A stretch of 33,946 nucleotides of DNA, taken from the IMG/VR virus record IMGVR_UViG_3300025848_000115, positions 1 to 33,946 of that record, one strand, 5' to 3'. The translations under genes and the position numbers were made by a program. This stretch comes from a virus (Duplodnaviria > Caudoviricetes). Under the pieces are notes generated by a model that was not told the origin of the DNA, did not search any database, and worked only from the letters and a program-made list of their open reading frames with translations. The number at the start of each line of letters is the position of its first letter. The first letter of the stretch is position 1. Positions 10,819-19,865 of this stretch are shown here, one piece after another.

Positions 10819-10995
10819 ATGAAATCAAACGAAAATTACAAAATGAGTAAGCCACTAAAAACACAGCTTAACATGATGCTAACGAACGAGCAGAAGCCGA
10901 TTCACCAAGAATTATTTGTTGAAGCTGAATTTCATCACTTAAATATGAAGAAGAGAATGGCAGTAAAGGTTATAGCTGAAACAGAAGAAGAATGA
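10819..10995 (+). CDS. Hypothetical protein (58 aa; not in ORF track)
   Basis: AAGGA RBS; MKSNENYKMSKPLKT...EEE; ATGA overlap with the next gene. Confidence 0.65.
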   Translation: MKSNENYKMSKPLKTQLNMMLTNEQKPIHQELFVEAEFHHLNMKKRMAVKVIAETEEE

Positions 10996-11306
10996 AGAAA
11001 AAGAAACCTGCACACAGATACAAAGAAAAACAATGTCCTGTGTGCGGCGTCTTGCATAAGAAGAGATGGCAGTGCTGCAGCTTAAAGTGTGGCATAGAGT
11101 TCAGGTCTTTAACACCACCTACCCAAGAAGCTGTCAGAGCTAGAGCAGAAGGTGTAAGGAGATGGAAATATACCGATAGAGGTGAGGCTACAAATACTAA
11201 TTTGAAACAATATATGAATGATGATGATTTTGCTTTACCGCCCGAACAGCATGATAATGATTATTTTCTAGAGGATGGAGATATCTGGAGTCCCGCTAAT
11301 ATATAA
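10992..11306 (+). CDS. Hypothetical protein with N-terminal Cys4 zinc finger
   Basis: CPVC...CCSLKC; basic N-terminus, acidic C-terminus. Confidence 0.65.
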   Translation: MKKKKPAHRYKEKQCPVCGVLHKKRWQCCSLKCGIEFRSLTPPTQEAVRARAEGVRRWKYTDRGEATNTNLKQYMNDDDFALPPEQHDNDYFLEDGDIWSPANI

Positions 11307-11309
11307 ATA
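11302..11309 (+). promoter_or_regulatory. T4-type late promoter
   Basis: TATAAATA upstream of GGA and ATG 11332. Confidence 0.7.
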
Positions 11310-11331
11310 AGAATAAACTAGTGGACATCAC

Positions 11332-12009
11332 ATGGCTAAGACTCTAAAGGCAATAAAAGAACACTTCATCGATCTAATCTCAGAAGTTACGATTGATGGT
11401 CGTACCGGAGAGATTGAAGACGATAATAGTTCACGAAATAAGAGTCTTCAGCAAACTCCAAAAAATATCAAGTCGCCTAAGCAGCAACCTAACTTAAATC
11501 AGCAGAAGCAATTGCCTCCTCCTGAAAAGAAACAGTTAGCTCCTGTTTCTAAAGCCATAGCCAATCCCAGCCGAATTCCAGTTGTAGTTCGTACCACCAG
11601 CTTACCTACTGCTGTGGAAAAGAAGCCTGAAGAAAAGTACATGGGTAAGATTCAGCCTGAGAAAAAGCCTGAGTTAGCTAAACCTGAAGTCAAGCCAACA
11701 CAAGAACCACAAAAGAAGCCTGAAGTCAAGCCAACACAAACACCCGAGAAAAAGCCTAGCGTTGACGCTCAAAAGACTTCTACCATCGCAAAACCAAAAG
11801 CCAAACCCACTCCCAGTGTCCCGCTAAAAACAACAAAACCAACAAAGAAGAACGATCATATTGTGAAGACGGGTGAAACACCTAAAGAAACTCAAAGAAC
11901 AAGCAAAGACGATTCATCTTTGCTCAAGGGGATTCTTCGTGGAGGCTCAGCGAGAGTTGGTGCTAGATACTCTGGCCCTGAGCACTTAATTAAACCGCCA
12001 ACAGCTTAA
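11332..12009 (+). CDS. Lys/Pro-rich low-complexity late protein (possible internal virion protein)
   Basis: Late promoter; KKPE and KPEVKPTQ repeats; N-terminus MAKTLKAIKE. Confidence 0.7.
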   Translation: MAKTLKAIKEHFIDLISEVTIDGRTGEIEDDNSSRNKSLQQTPKNIKSPKQQPNLNQQKQLPPPEKKQLAPVSKAIANPSRIPVVVRTTSLPTAVEKKPEEKYMGKIQPEKKPELAKPEVKPTQEPQKKPEVKPTQTPEKKPSVDAQKTSTIAKPKAKPTPSVPLKTTKPTKKNDHIVKTGETPKETQRTSKDDSSLLKGILRGGSARVGARYSGPEHLIKPPTA

Positions 12010-12016
12010 TCAAAAC

Positions 12017-12277
12017 TCAGTGCCCAACCAAAGGCATGGTCGGTTTTGTTTCTAGGTGCTGGTTGTATCTACTTTTCTTCTTAACTTCTTTTGTCTTCTT
12101 AGAATCTTGAGCACCAGAAGGTGTTGGGATAGTTGAGAGGTCAAGAGGTCCCATGACAGCAGGTGATACACCAGCAAACTCTAGAAAAGTCTTGAGCTTC
12201 TGGCCAGGAGTATCTTTCTTGTAGGTGTTCACGAGGGAGGTAGTGGCTTCTTCTCTTTTCTTTGGATCTTTTATCAT
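12017..12277 (-). CDS. Late hypothetical protein
   Basis: Fills the gap; AGGT RBS on the minus strand; TATAAATA on the minus strand at 12307-12314; YKKDTPGQ and LKTFLEF motifs. Confidence 0.7.
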   Translation of the reverse strand: MIKDPKKREEATTSLVNTYKKDTPGQKLKTFLEFAGVSPAVMGPLDLSTIPTPSGAQDSKKTKEVKKKSRYNQHLETKPTMPLVGH

Positions 12278-12286
12278 AACATACCT

Positions 12287-12316
12287 GTTTACTTATTTTT
12301 ATTTCTTATTTATAAT
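12287..12316 (+). promoter_or_regulatory. Early promoter overlapping a divergent late promoter
   Basis: GTTTAC-N18-TATAAT on +; TATAAATA on - at 12307-12314. Confidence 0.7.
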
Positions 12317-12345
12317 CTACTCATAATGATGGTGTGGAGGTAACT

Positions 12346-12519
12346 ATGGGCTACGATGATCGTGATGATGGTCAACAGCAACAAGAAGAGGAAGCCTTCT
12401 TCTTCCATACGTTGGCCGATGTAAACGAGTTGCTCGCGAGCTTTGGCCCGAGTAACTTCTTCTATCACCTGTTTGAGCAGTACCCTGAGCTCAAGAAGGT
12501 AGCTAGGGAGTACGTCTAA
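12346..12519 (+). CDS. Hypothetical protein
   Basis: GGAGG RBS before ATG 12346 (MGYDDRDD...). Confidence 0.65.
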   Translation: MGYDDRDDGQQQQEEEAFFFHTLADVNELLASFGPSNFFYHLFEQYPELKKVAREYV

Positions 12520-12731
12520 TGGAAGTTCTCAAGGAAACGACTGAGTGGTCAAACAACGTACAGAACAACACCTATGTTCTGTCTGGTGGAAGGTTGGTAG
12601 CCTACATGAGCAAACTGACTGGTGAGTTCAGGGTCTTTTCTAAACCTCTTCATTTTGATAAGAACTATCGTACTTTCGAGCAGGTCCGCGGGTCTGTGCT
12701 CGAAGACATAGTCTTGTCGATGACGATCTGA
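12519..12731 (+). CDS. Conserved small phage protein
   Basis: TAATG coupling; LKETTEW...NNTY...FSKPLHFDKNYRTF. Confidence 0.7.
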   Translation: MEVLKETTEWSNNVQNNTYVLSGGRLVAYMSKLTGEFRVFSKPLHFDKNYRTFEQVRGSVLEDIVLSMTI

Positions 12732-12798
12732 TGGTGTACTTATTTTCATATATTGATTAGTATCTACTTGTAATTGATAAACAACTGGAGATTATAAC

Positions 12799-13737
12799 AT
12801 GGCACATATGATTGAAACGATGGCTTACGCTGGCGAAACCCCTTGGCACGGTCTTGGCACGAAGGTTCCTGCTGACTTGTCACCCGACCAGATGCTTAAG
12901 AAAGCCGGCCTTGATTGGTCGGTACGTAAGGTCCCTGCCTTTGCAGAGGTTGCTGGCAAGAAGGTCGCGGTTGGTAAGTCCGCGCTTGTTCGTGACTCTG
13001 ACGACCGCATCCTTGATGTAGTGTCCGATGACTGGAACATCCTTCAGAATGAGAAGGCGTTCGAGTTCTTCCATGACTTCGTGGCTGCAGGCGACATGGA
13101 GATGCACACCGCTGGATCCCTTCGCGATGGTCAGCTGGTCTGGGCACTCGCCAAGGTGCACGATGGTTTCACCCTCTTTGAAGGTGATACGGTTGAGAGC
13201 TACCTGCTCTTCAGCAATCCCCATAAGTATGGCTGGTCCATCGATGTACGATTCACGCCTATCCGAGTAGTCTGCAACAACACTCTTACTCTTAGTCTTA
13301 ACACCGCGAGTAAGAACATGGTCAAGGTATCTCACCGCCGTGAGTTCGATGCCGACATGGTCAAGGAAACCCTTGGTGTTGCTAAGGAGAAGCTGGCCAA
13401 GTACAAGGAAATGGCCCAGTTCCTGGGTAGCAAGCGCTATACCGATAAGAGTCTGGTCGAGTACTTCAAGCGAGTCTTTCCTGTCGTCGGTGGTCCGGAC
13501 AAAAAGAAGGAGATGTCCATTTCTGCAAGCAAGGCACTTGATGTGATCAACACTCAGCCGGGTGCCAACTTTGCTGAGGGTAGTTACTGGAGCGCCTTCA
13601 ATACGGTGACGTTTATGATTGATCATAAGCTTGGCCGGAACCAAGACACTCGACTCTCCAATGCTTGGTTCGGTAATGGTAAGAAGATCAAGAACGACGC
13701 TCTTGAGACTGCTATCGAAATGGCACAGGCTGCATGA
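12799..13737 (+). CDS. DUF932 / TIGR03299-type phage-plasmid protein
   Basis: PWHGLG, AGLDW, LQN..AF, TAGSL, TPIRVVCNNTL and WSAFN motifs; own promoter at 12734-12763 and GGAG RBS. Confidence 0.9.
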   Translation: MAHMIETMAYAGETPWHGLGTKVPADLSPDQMLKKAGLDWSVRKVPAFAEVAGKKVAVGKSALVRDSDDRILDVVSDDWNILQNEKAFEFFHDFVAAGDMEMHTAGSLRDGQLVWALAKVHDGFTLFEGDTVESYLLFSNPHKYGWSIDVRFTPIRVVCNNTLTLSLNTASKNMVKVSHRREFDADMVKETLGVAKEKLAKYKEMAQFLGSKRYTDKSLVEYFKRVFPVVGGPDKKKEMSISASKALDVINTQPGANFAEGSYWSAFNTVTFMIDHKLGRNQDTRLSNAWFGNGKKIKNDALETAIEMAQAA

Positions 13738-13748
13738 ACCGGAGACGA

Positions 13749-13841
13749 ATGCTAGAGATAGCTGAGGGTATTGAGGCGGCGGGGATCATTGTCCTCGCCG
13801 TTCTCGCCGGGGCTGCACTAATTAAATACATACTGAGTTAA
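13749..13841 (+). CDS. Small single-TM peptide (30 aa)
   Basis: GGAG RBS; MLEIAEGIEAAGIIVLAVLAGAALIKYILS. Confidence 0.55.
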   Translation: MLEIAEGIEAAGIIVLAVLAGAALIKYILS

Positions 13842-13843
13842 CT

Positions 13844-14041
13844 ATGGATACAGATACACCGACTCTTATCAAAGCTCTTAGGATCTTAGTAGAAGACATT
13901 CAGTCAGACGACGGTGTAGCTAATGCATGCATTGCTGAAGCAGCCGATCGTCTGCAGTCTCTATACGATGAGAACATTGCATTGAGCCGTCTTGTAGATA
14001 AATATTTGTTTGAAAAAACTAGTCCTTCTGACGAGCCCTAG
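13844..14041 (+). CDS. Hypothetical protein; 3' end overlaps the hammerhead ribozyme
   Basis: ORF track; IQSDDGVANACIAEAADRL pattern seen in phage small proteins. Confidence 0.7.
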   Translation: MDTDTPTLIKALRILVEDIQSDDGVANACIAEAADRLQSLYDENIALSRLVDKYLFEKTSPSDEP

Positions 14042-14120
14042 TGGGCGAAACTATTGTTCCTTTGAGGTCTTGGTCGTTACCAGCGTAGCAAAAACGGCGT
14101 CAGGAACAATAGTCAAGGAC
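14022..14120 (+). ncRNA. Hammerhead ribozyme, type I
   Basis: Stem I GTCCTT(14022-27)/AAGGAC(14115-20); core CTGACGA(14028-34); stem II GCCC-TAGT-GGGC; GAAA(14047-50); stem III CTATTGTTCCT(14051-61)/AGGAACAATAG(14102-12); cleavage triplet GTC with cut after C14114. Confidence 0.92.
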
Positions 14121-14291
14121 ACGCACGAAGACCTTATGGTGTATTCGTGACGCGGGGAAATACCCAGGAATTACTTGTGATTGAAGTTGGAGTCCGGACT
14201 CTTCCCATAAAGCAAGTAATTGAACCATACCTATTTACTTTAATTCATATAATGAATAAAATGTATTCACATCATGAATGGAAAACAATCA

Positions 14292-16439
14292 ATGAGTGAC
14301 ACTACTATCTTGACAGAAGAAGAAATTGAGCGTATTGTCGAGAAGCATATTGAGGCTTTGGACCGCAGGCTCATGAATAATGACATGACACAACAAGAAT
14401 ATGAAGAAGCCGTTGTCATTGTTGACAAGTGGGCTTCGATTGCCATGAAGCAACGTAGGCATTTCACATGAACAAAATTGATCCACGAGATGAACTCACT
14501 CTATGGGTCGGTGCGACACGATATTACATGGGGCGCATGACCTACGCTGTGGCTAACTTCTGCAGTCTTTTGAATGATTCGTGGAATGAACTCGGCGAAA
14601 ACACCAAGGCAATCATCCAGCGCGACATTGAAGAGGAATTTGTGCGGGACGATGAGTCTCGCAGGCTGGGAGATTCTTTTCATCCACTCGGGCATGATTG
14701 TGACCGCAAGGCTTGGGAACATGTGAGGAAACTATGGAATACGATACCTTAATCCAGATTTTGGAACAAAGCGTTAAGCGTCACGGCGAGAAACCTCTGA
14801 CCAATAAATGGTTGCTGAATATCTTGCGAATGGCTGAAAATAAAGAAATTGAAGATGACCGCATTAGTTATTTTCATTCAGGAATTGATGACTGAATCTT
14901 GTAAAATTATTAGGAGGGCGACATGAGCGGCGGACACTTTAATTATAAACAATACGAAATCGGCATCATTGCTGACGAAATCGAACGGTACATTCTGAGG
15001 TGTGAAAACAAGGTTCCTAAGGATTGGGGCGAAGATGATGAGAACGGTAAATACGTTCCTTATGTTCACGAGGAACCAGAAGAAATCCTGAATAGAATGA
15101 AAGAAGGATTGATGTATCTGAGAAAGGCTTTCATTTTCGCTCACGAAATTGATTACTATCTTTCTTGCGATACTGGTCCTGAATCTTTTATTGAAAGATT
15201 AGAAGAAGAATTGTGTAAACTGGAGAATGGTGATGAACGAGCGAATGATTGAACTCATCGAACAAGCTGGTATGTATCGTGATAAATTTGGTATGTTCTT
15301 CAGCAAAGACAAACATAATGAAGATGGTGTAGACTTAGAAAAGTTTATTGAATTGCTCATGCGAGTGATATATGATGAAATAAAAGAAGAACTAATTCCA
15401 GATGAGTTAGTTGACATAGAACCCGATAGCTTTAATAGGCAATACCTTAAAGGTTGTAATGGCGGTATTACCGATGCATTATATATTGTCAAGAATTTTG
15501 GAGTAGACATTGATGAACTATGATGATCTTTTGTCGAAGTGCCAAGGTTTTCTATCTCCTGAAGATTATATGAGATTGTGTGGGCTTATCGTTCGTGAAA
15601 AAGAACGGAGTGAGCGGATTAAGGAATTGAATGAACTTGCACTTGAAGAGATGGTTGCGATAAATCAGAAACTTGGATTGTATGATGAGTATTGATTCAC
15701 CAGTTGATACGCTGCATCGGTGTATCGCTCACGCATGTTACAAGGGGTTTCCTGAAATTGAGTATGAAGATAGAGATTGGTCTATTACTGACAAGAAAGT
15801 TTTTGTTACAAAAACTCGACCGCACAGTGAACGAGATATCACGGTTCAAGCAATGTTTCCACAGACATGGAGCTCAACCGCACTCGGCTTTGGTGGTCTA
15901 GGTGGTCAGGCTATGACTTCCGCCTATACTGTGGTGATTGAATCGCAATATGCAGGATATCTAGTTTACTTTGGTGGCAGAATGGCTTATAATATCATAA
16001 GAGCGAATGACCAGTTTTTTAAGGACATTGCAGAGTGCAGAATGCACGAGGTCAAAGGAGCCAAGGAAAAATATGAACGATGAAGATTACGATGTAGTTA
16101 TCGATGTTCTTAAGAAACATATTAAGGTGTTGTCCGATATGGACCGAGGAGAATCATCATTCGGCATCATGACTCAGATTCGATTGGAACAGATTGGGCA
16201 AATGAACAAGGCTATTCGTATTTGGAAGAAGTATAAAGATGAAAACCTATAAACAGGAAATCATCGAGAATGCAATCTCAGGATTGAAGGATGGAGGATA
16301 TCCTTTTCCAGAATCTTTGATTCCTCTATTTACTTTAATCTATCAATCGGGGTATAATGAGTGTATCAGAAACATTAAAGAAAAGAATGTTTCCGGGTAT
16401 AGTGATATAATCAGTGATGGTGGAATGGACCCAAGATGA
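14292..16439 (+). CDS. Run of short coupled hypothetical early genes (14292-14471, 14468-14752, ~14734-14895, 14923-15252, ~15233-15523, 15510-15695, ~15682-16083, ~16073-16252, 16239-16439)
   Basis: Head-to-tail overlapping start/stop codons, with a promoter ATTTAC-N18-TAAAAT at 14233-14262; no recognisable domains. Confidence 0.65.
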
Positions 16440-16461
16440 GACCTGAAGAAATCGAGGAGAA

Positions 16462-16767
16462 ATGAAAATGGCTAATGTAATTATTGATGGTATTGAGTAC
16501 GCGCCGGTTGTTCGTGCTGCGGGCACGCGCGCGGTTGTGGTTGTGGATCGCGGTTGGATCTTTGCAGGCGATGTGACGCGCGAAGGTAATCGAATCTTCT
16601 TGGACAACGCGGTATGGGTTTTCAGGTGGGAGTCGATTGGATTCGACGGTGTGATCGCAAATCCAAAAGACGACAACGTAACTCTTCGGAAGATGAAGAA
16701 CAGGGTCGAGATTCCGGCTCAGTCTGAAATTTTCTCAGTGCCCGTGTCGGACGACTGGGGAGTGTGA
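16462..16767 (+). CDS. Small beta-barrel (Sm-like/DUF6948-like) protein
   Basis: VVVVDRGWIFAGD...LDNA..VFRW...G pattern; GAGGAG RBS; adjacent to Gly-rich repeat genes. Confidence 0.6.
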   Translation: MKMANVIIDGIEYAPVVRAAGTRAVVVVDRGWIFAGDVTREGNRIFLDNAVWVFRWESIGFDGVIANPKDDNVTLRKMKNRVEIPAQSEIFSVPVSDDWGV

Positions 16768-17026
16768 TGAACTTCCTACCGGTAGGAAACGGTTTCGGCT
16801 CCGGCTCCAACTCCAGCTACGGCTACGGCGATGGCTACGGCGATGGCTATGGCTATGGCTACAGCTACGGCTCCGGCTACGGCTCCGGCGATTGCTACAT
16901 CTCCGGCTCCGGCGATGGCTCCGGCTGGCCGGGTCCCAAGGCTCCGGATACGGCGATGGCTATGGCTACGGCTACGGCTTCGGCTTCGGATACAGAACGC
17001 CGGAGATTTTGAGGAGAAGAGAATGA
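16764..17026 (+). pseudogene. Gly/Tyr/Asp/Ser-rich repeat gene, copy 1 (apparently frameshifted)
   Basis: Starts MNFLPVGNGFG like copy 2. The homologous tail (GYRTPEILRRRE*) lies in another frame after a non-repeat insert near 16925-16940. Confidence 0.6.
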
Positions 17027-17280
17027 GACCTGAGGAAAGCGTGATGAACTTCCTACCGGTAGGAAACGGTTTCGGCTACAACTACAACTCCGGCTACGGC
17101 TCCGGCGATGGCTACGGCGATGGCTACGGCGATGGCTACGGCGATGGCTACGGCGATGGCTACGGCGATTGCTACCTCTCCGGCTCCGGATACGGCGATG
17201 GCTATGGCTACGGCTCCGACTCCGACTCCGGCTCCGGATACGGATACGGAACACCAGAGATTTTGAGGAGGAAAGAATGA
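17023..17280 (+). CDS. Gly/Tyr/Asp-rich repeat protein, copy 2
   Basis: GAGGAG RBS; (MRPEESV)MNFLPVGNGFG-(GYGD)n-GTPEILRRKE; 12-nt GGCGATGGCTAC tandem repeats. Confidence 0.7.
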   Translation: MRPEESVMNFLPVGNGFGYNYNSGYGSGDGYGDGYGDGYGDGYGDGYGDCYLSGSGYGDGYGYGSDSDSGSGYGYGTPEILRRKE

Positions 17281-18588
17281 GACCTCAAGAAATCAATCGT
17301 AATATCAATCTTGCCTTTAAGAGATTTTCTCGTCGCGGAAATCCGTTTCATTTTGTAAAATGCAAAAAGCATCTTGAGAAGAGATTGGAATGGTTTCGTG
17401 CTACTGACCCAGAAGAAGTTGATGCTATTCCACCTTTCATACCCGATGGTGATGTGACGCCACACCTCGAATATATTTCGGACCGATGGAACTGTGTCAG
17501 CAGAATTAAATTTTTATTGAAGGTGGCAGAAAAATATGAATGAACGAATTAGAGAACTCTGTAGATTAGCTGATGTCCATATTCTTCCAGATGATTCCGA
17601 ATATGGACACTGTATCATTGGTTTAGAAAAGTTCGCTGAACTGATTATCAGAGAAATTCTTTCATATGCTCAAGATGGTGATTTAGATTTTATGAAATTT
17701 ATGATCAAAAAGAATTTTGGAATTGAAGAATGATTGATGATTATGAAAAGTATCTCGATGAGGATGGGTATCCTACCGAAGAGGCTCTGAACCTAATTGA
17801 TAATTGGGACATGGATAACATCGATGGGCTTTTTATATTCCTTAAGAATCTTTGGTGGTCACCTGATTGGGGATGGAAAGAAGAGGAAGAAGAATCGAAT
17901 GATAGAAAAATTAAGATTTATTCTATTTCCACCGGTGGTTGGTCAGGTAATGAAGAGTTGATTCGGCATCTTAAAAAGAAAGAATTATTCTGGGAGATGT
18001 GTTTATTGTCCTATCGTCGTGGTGGGCATTATCAATTTGATGACCGTTATTGGAAATATGTAAGATGAGATATTATAGTTATAATGAATTCACCGATGAC
18101 CTTGAGGGAGAAGTGATTACTCTATCGGAAGAAGATATAAGAAAAGATTACTATCCTTATTGGTATTCCAAAATGTGTGAACGATTCGGTAAAGAACATG
18201 TGGATGCCAATTATTCTTTTGAGGATGCATTGGATGATTGGGTTGTAGTTAATTGGGCATGGGAAGTTAAGGAGTAAATAAAATGGTAGACAAAACTAGG
18301 TTCGATCTTGAACAGGAAATCATGAATTGCTGGCATATCGTTGATGATTTGCAAGTGCTCCTTGATAAGTGGGATAGTATTACTGAGGATGAAAAGCTAA
18401 ACATCATTATTGGTTTGAGTAGTCTTTATCAATTGAAGTTTGATACAATGTTCAGAACGTTTGAAACTTGTATTCGTATGAAAGAGTTTAAACCTTCCTC
18501 TTATGAAGAAGCATTGAACAAAGAATATGCCGACGATGTGGCTAGAACGTATGGTCTTAAAGGAAACGACTGCATACAAGATTGTTAG
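17277..18588 (+). CDS. Run of short hypothetical genes (17277-17543, 17536-17733, 17730-18068, ~18065-18277, 18283-18588)
   Basis: Coupled ORFs; 17730-18068 has the phage-typical ISTGGWSGNE motif. Confidence 0.7.
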
Positions 18589-19007
18589 GAGATAGAGTGA
18601 GACTGTTCTTTCTTTTATTCGTATGGATCGATTCATATGCATTCGATCAAGTCGTGCATATGAATGATAGAGGAACAGGAACCTATTACATAAAATCCAT
18701 CATAGACTCGCATGAGGTGTCTCTACTCTTAGACACCGGTGCTTCTTATACCGTCTTAGATAAGAGCATCGTGTCAAGAATGAACCTCAAGCCTGTTAGG
18801 AAGATGGATGCATTGATGGCTGATGGTCGAAGGATGCACGTAACTGTGTACGTCTTACCAAGCATGACGATAGAGGGATGTACCATTTACGATACTGAAG
18901 TCGTCACGATGTCCAACACGATAAATATACTCGGAATGACGTCTATCAAAAAGATGACGCCACTCACGTTGTTGGGCCATGACGACGTAAAGTTTAATTG
19001 TCACTAG
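18582..19007 (+). CDS. Retropepsin-like (clan AA) aspartic protease, probably exported
   Basis: LLDTGASYTVL catalytic motif, ADG flap, ILGM; hydrophobic N-terminus (the start may be GTG 18597). Confidence 0.85.
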   Translation: MLGDRVRLFFLLFVWIDSYAFDQVVHMNDRGTGTYYIKSIIDSHEVSLLLDTGASYTVLDKSIVSRMNLKPVRKMDALMADGRRMHVTVYVLPSMTIEGCTIYDTEVVTMSNTINILGMTSIKKMTPLTLLGHDDVKFNCH

Positions 19008-19016
19008 GAGGAAAGC

Positions 19017-19127
19017 ATGAAGCTTCTTATTCTTCTTATCGTATTAGGCGTGCTAAGCATGGCATGTAAACATGTCGACCATCCGTCTCGCCCAATCTAT
19101 AAGTCCCACAACCGCTTCCATAAGTAG
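19017..19127 (+). CDS. Small exported/lipoprotein-like peptide (36 aa)
   Basis: GGAGG RBS; MKLLILLIVLGVLSMAC... Confidence 0.5.
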   Translation: MKLLILLIVLGVLSMACKHVDHPSRPIYKSHNRFHK

Positions 19128-19187
19128 TGTACTTATTTTGATGCGTTATGTACAATGGTCTTACAATGAGCAAACAACGAGGTTAAT

Positions 19188-19496
19188 ATGCTAATTGAGA
19201 TGATTGAATTTGGACAGCTGCCCAACTTTACAATGTTGGAAAAGTTGAGTATGCTCAAGGAGTTGTTGCAGGAGAATACGTGTAAAGTTAAGTTCACTAA
19301 GGTCGATGGTACTGAACGAGAGTTCATCTGCACTCTTAATCACAACATCCTTAAGGAAACGTTCTTCAGCGACGGTCATAAACGTAAGACACCCGAGGAA
19401 ACTGGTGTGCTTCCGGTATACCTTCCACAAACAAACGAATGGCGATCGTTCAGAGTCGATAATGTAATTTCAATCGAGGTGTGTGATGAAGCGTAA
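19188..19496 (+). CDS. WYL-like / SH3 beta-barrel protein
   Basis: VKFTKVDGTEREFICTL...WRSFRVDNV signature; own promoter at 19127-19156. Confidence 0.8.
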   Translation: MLIEMIEFGQLPNFTMLEKLSMLKELLQENTCKVKFTKVDGTEREFICTLNHNILKETFFSDGHKRKTPEETGVLPVYLPQTNEWRSFRVDNVISIEVCDEA

Positions 19497-19767
19497 AGCA
19501 TTGATGATTGATCCTCCCAGTGGTTGGAAGTATGGGTTTCCTAAGGAATTGACCGTCGATGGCACTCAGACTGTTACTGAGTGGTTGGTCGACAACGGGT
19601 ATCCCCAAGCGTTGATTGACCACTTCGGTAACAACTTTCCATGTCGGCACTGGGAAGAAGAAGTAGATGTTGAAGAACCTCTTGCTAAGAGTGAAGAACA
19701 TAAGCCCATGCCCTATGACAAGCTTGGGCCGGGTGAGGCCTACTGTGAAGGGTACGACTTCACTTAA
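19483..19767 (+). CDS. Conserved phage hypothetical protein
   Basis: MIDPPSGWKYGFPK...WLVDNGYP motif. Confidence 0.75.
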   Translation: MMKRKALMIDPPSGWKYGFPKELTVDGTQTVTEWLVDNGYPQALIDHFGNNFPCRHWEEEVDVEEPLAKSEEHKPMPYDKLGPGEAYCEGYDFT

Positions 19768-19865
19768 TCTTCCATTGTATCATATTTTGAAAAATAAGTA
19801 CAGGGTGTACTTGATTTATCATAAATGGTAGTATTGCTCTATCAAATGGTTAACGGAGAATGATT

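Noticed and set aside
12880-13644. Long minus-strand ORFs opposite DUF932, the ATPase (19842-20495) and 25972-26667
   Set aside because: Antisense shadows from codon bias in GC-richer genes; no RBS or domains.
16895-17254. Arg/Ser/His-rich minus ORF and alternative-frame MATAMA/RLRLR ORFs
   Set aside because: Alternative frames of the GGCGATGGCTAC repeats; the RBS supports only the Gly-rich frame.
16764-17280. Diversity-generating retroelement TR/VR pair (also considered for 24599/25103)
   Set aside because: No reverse transcriptase in the window, and the differences are indels and mixed substitutions rather than adenine-specific changes.
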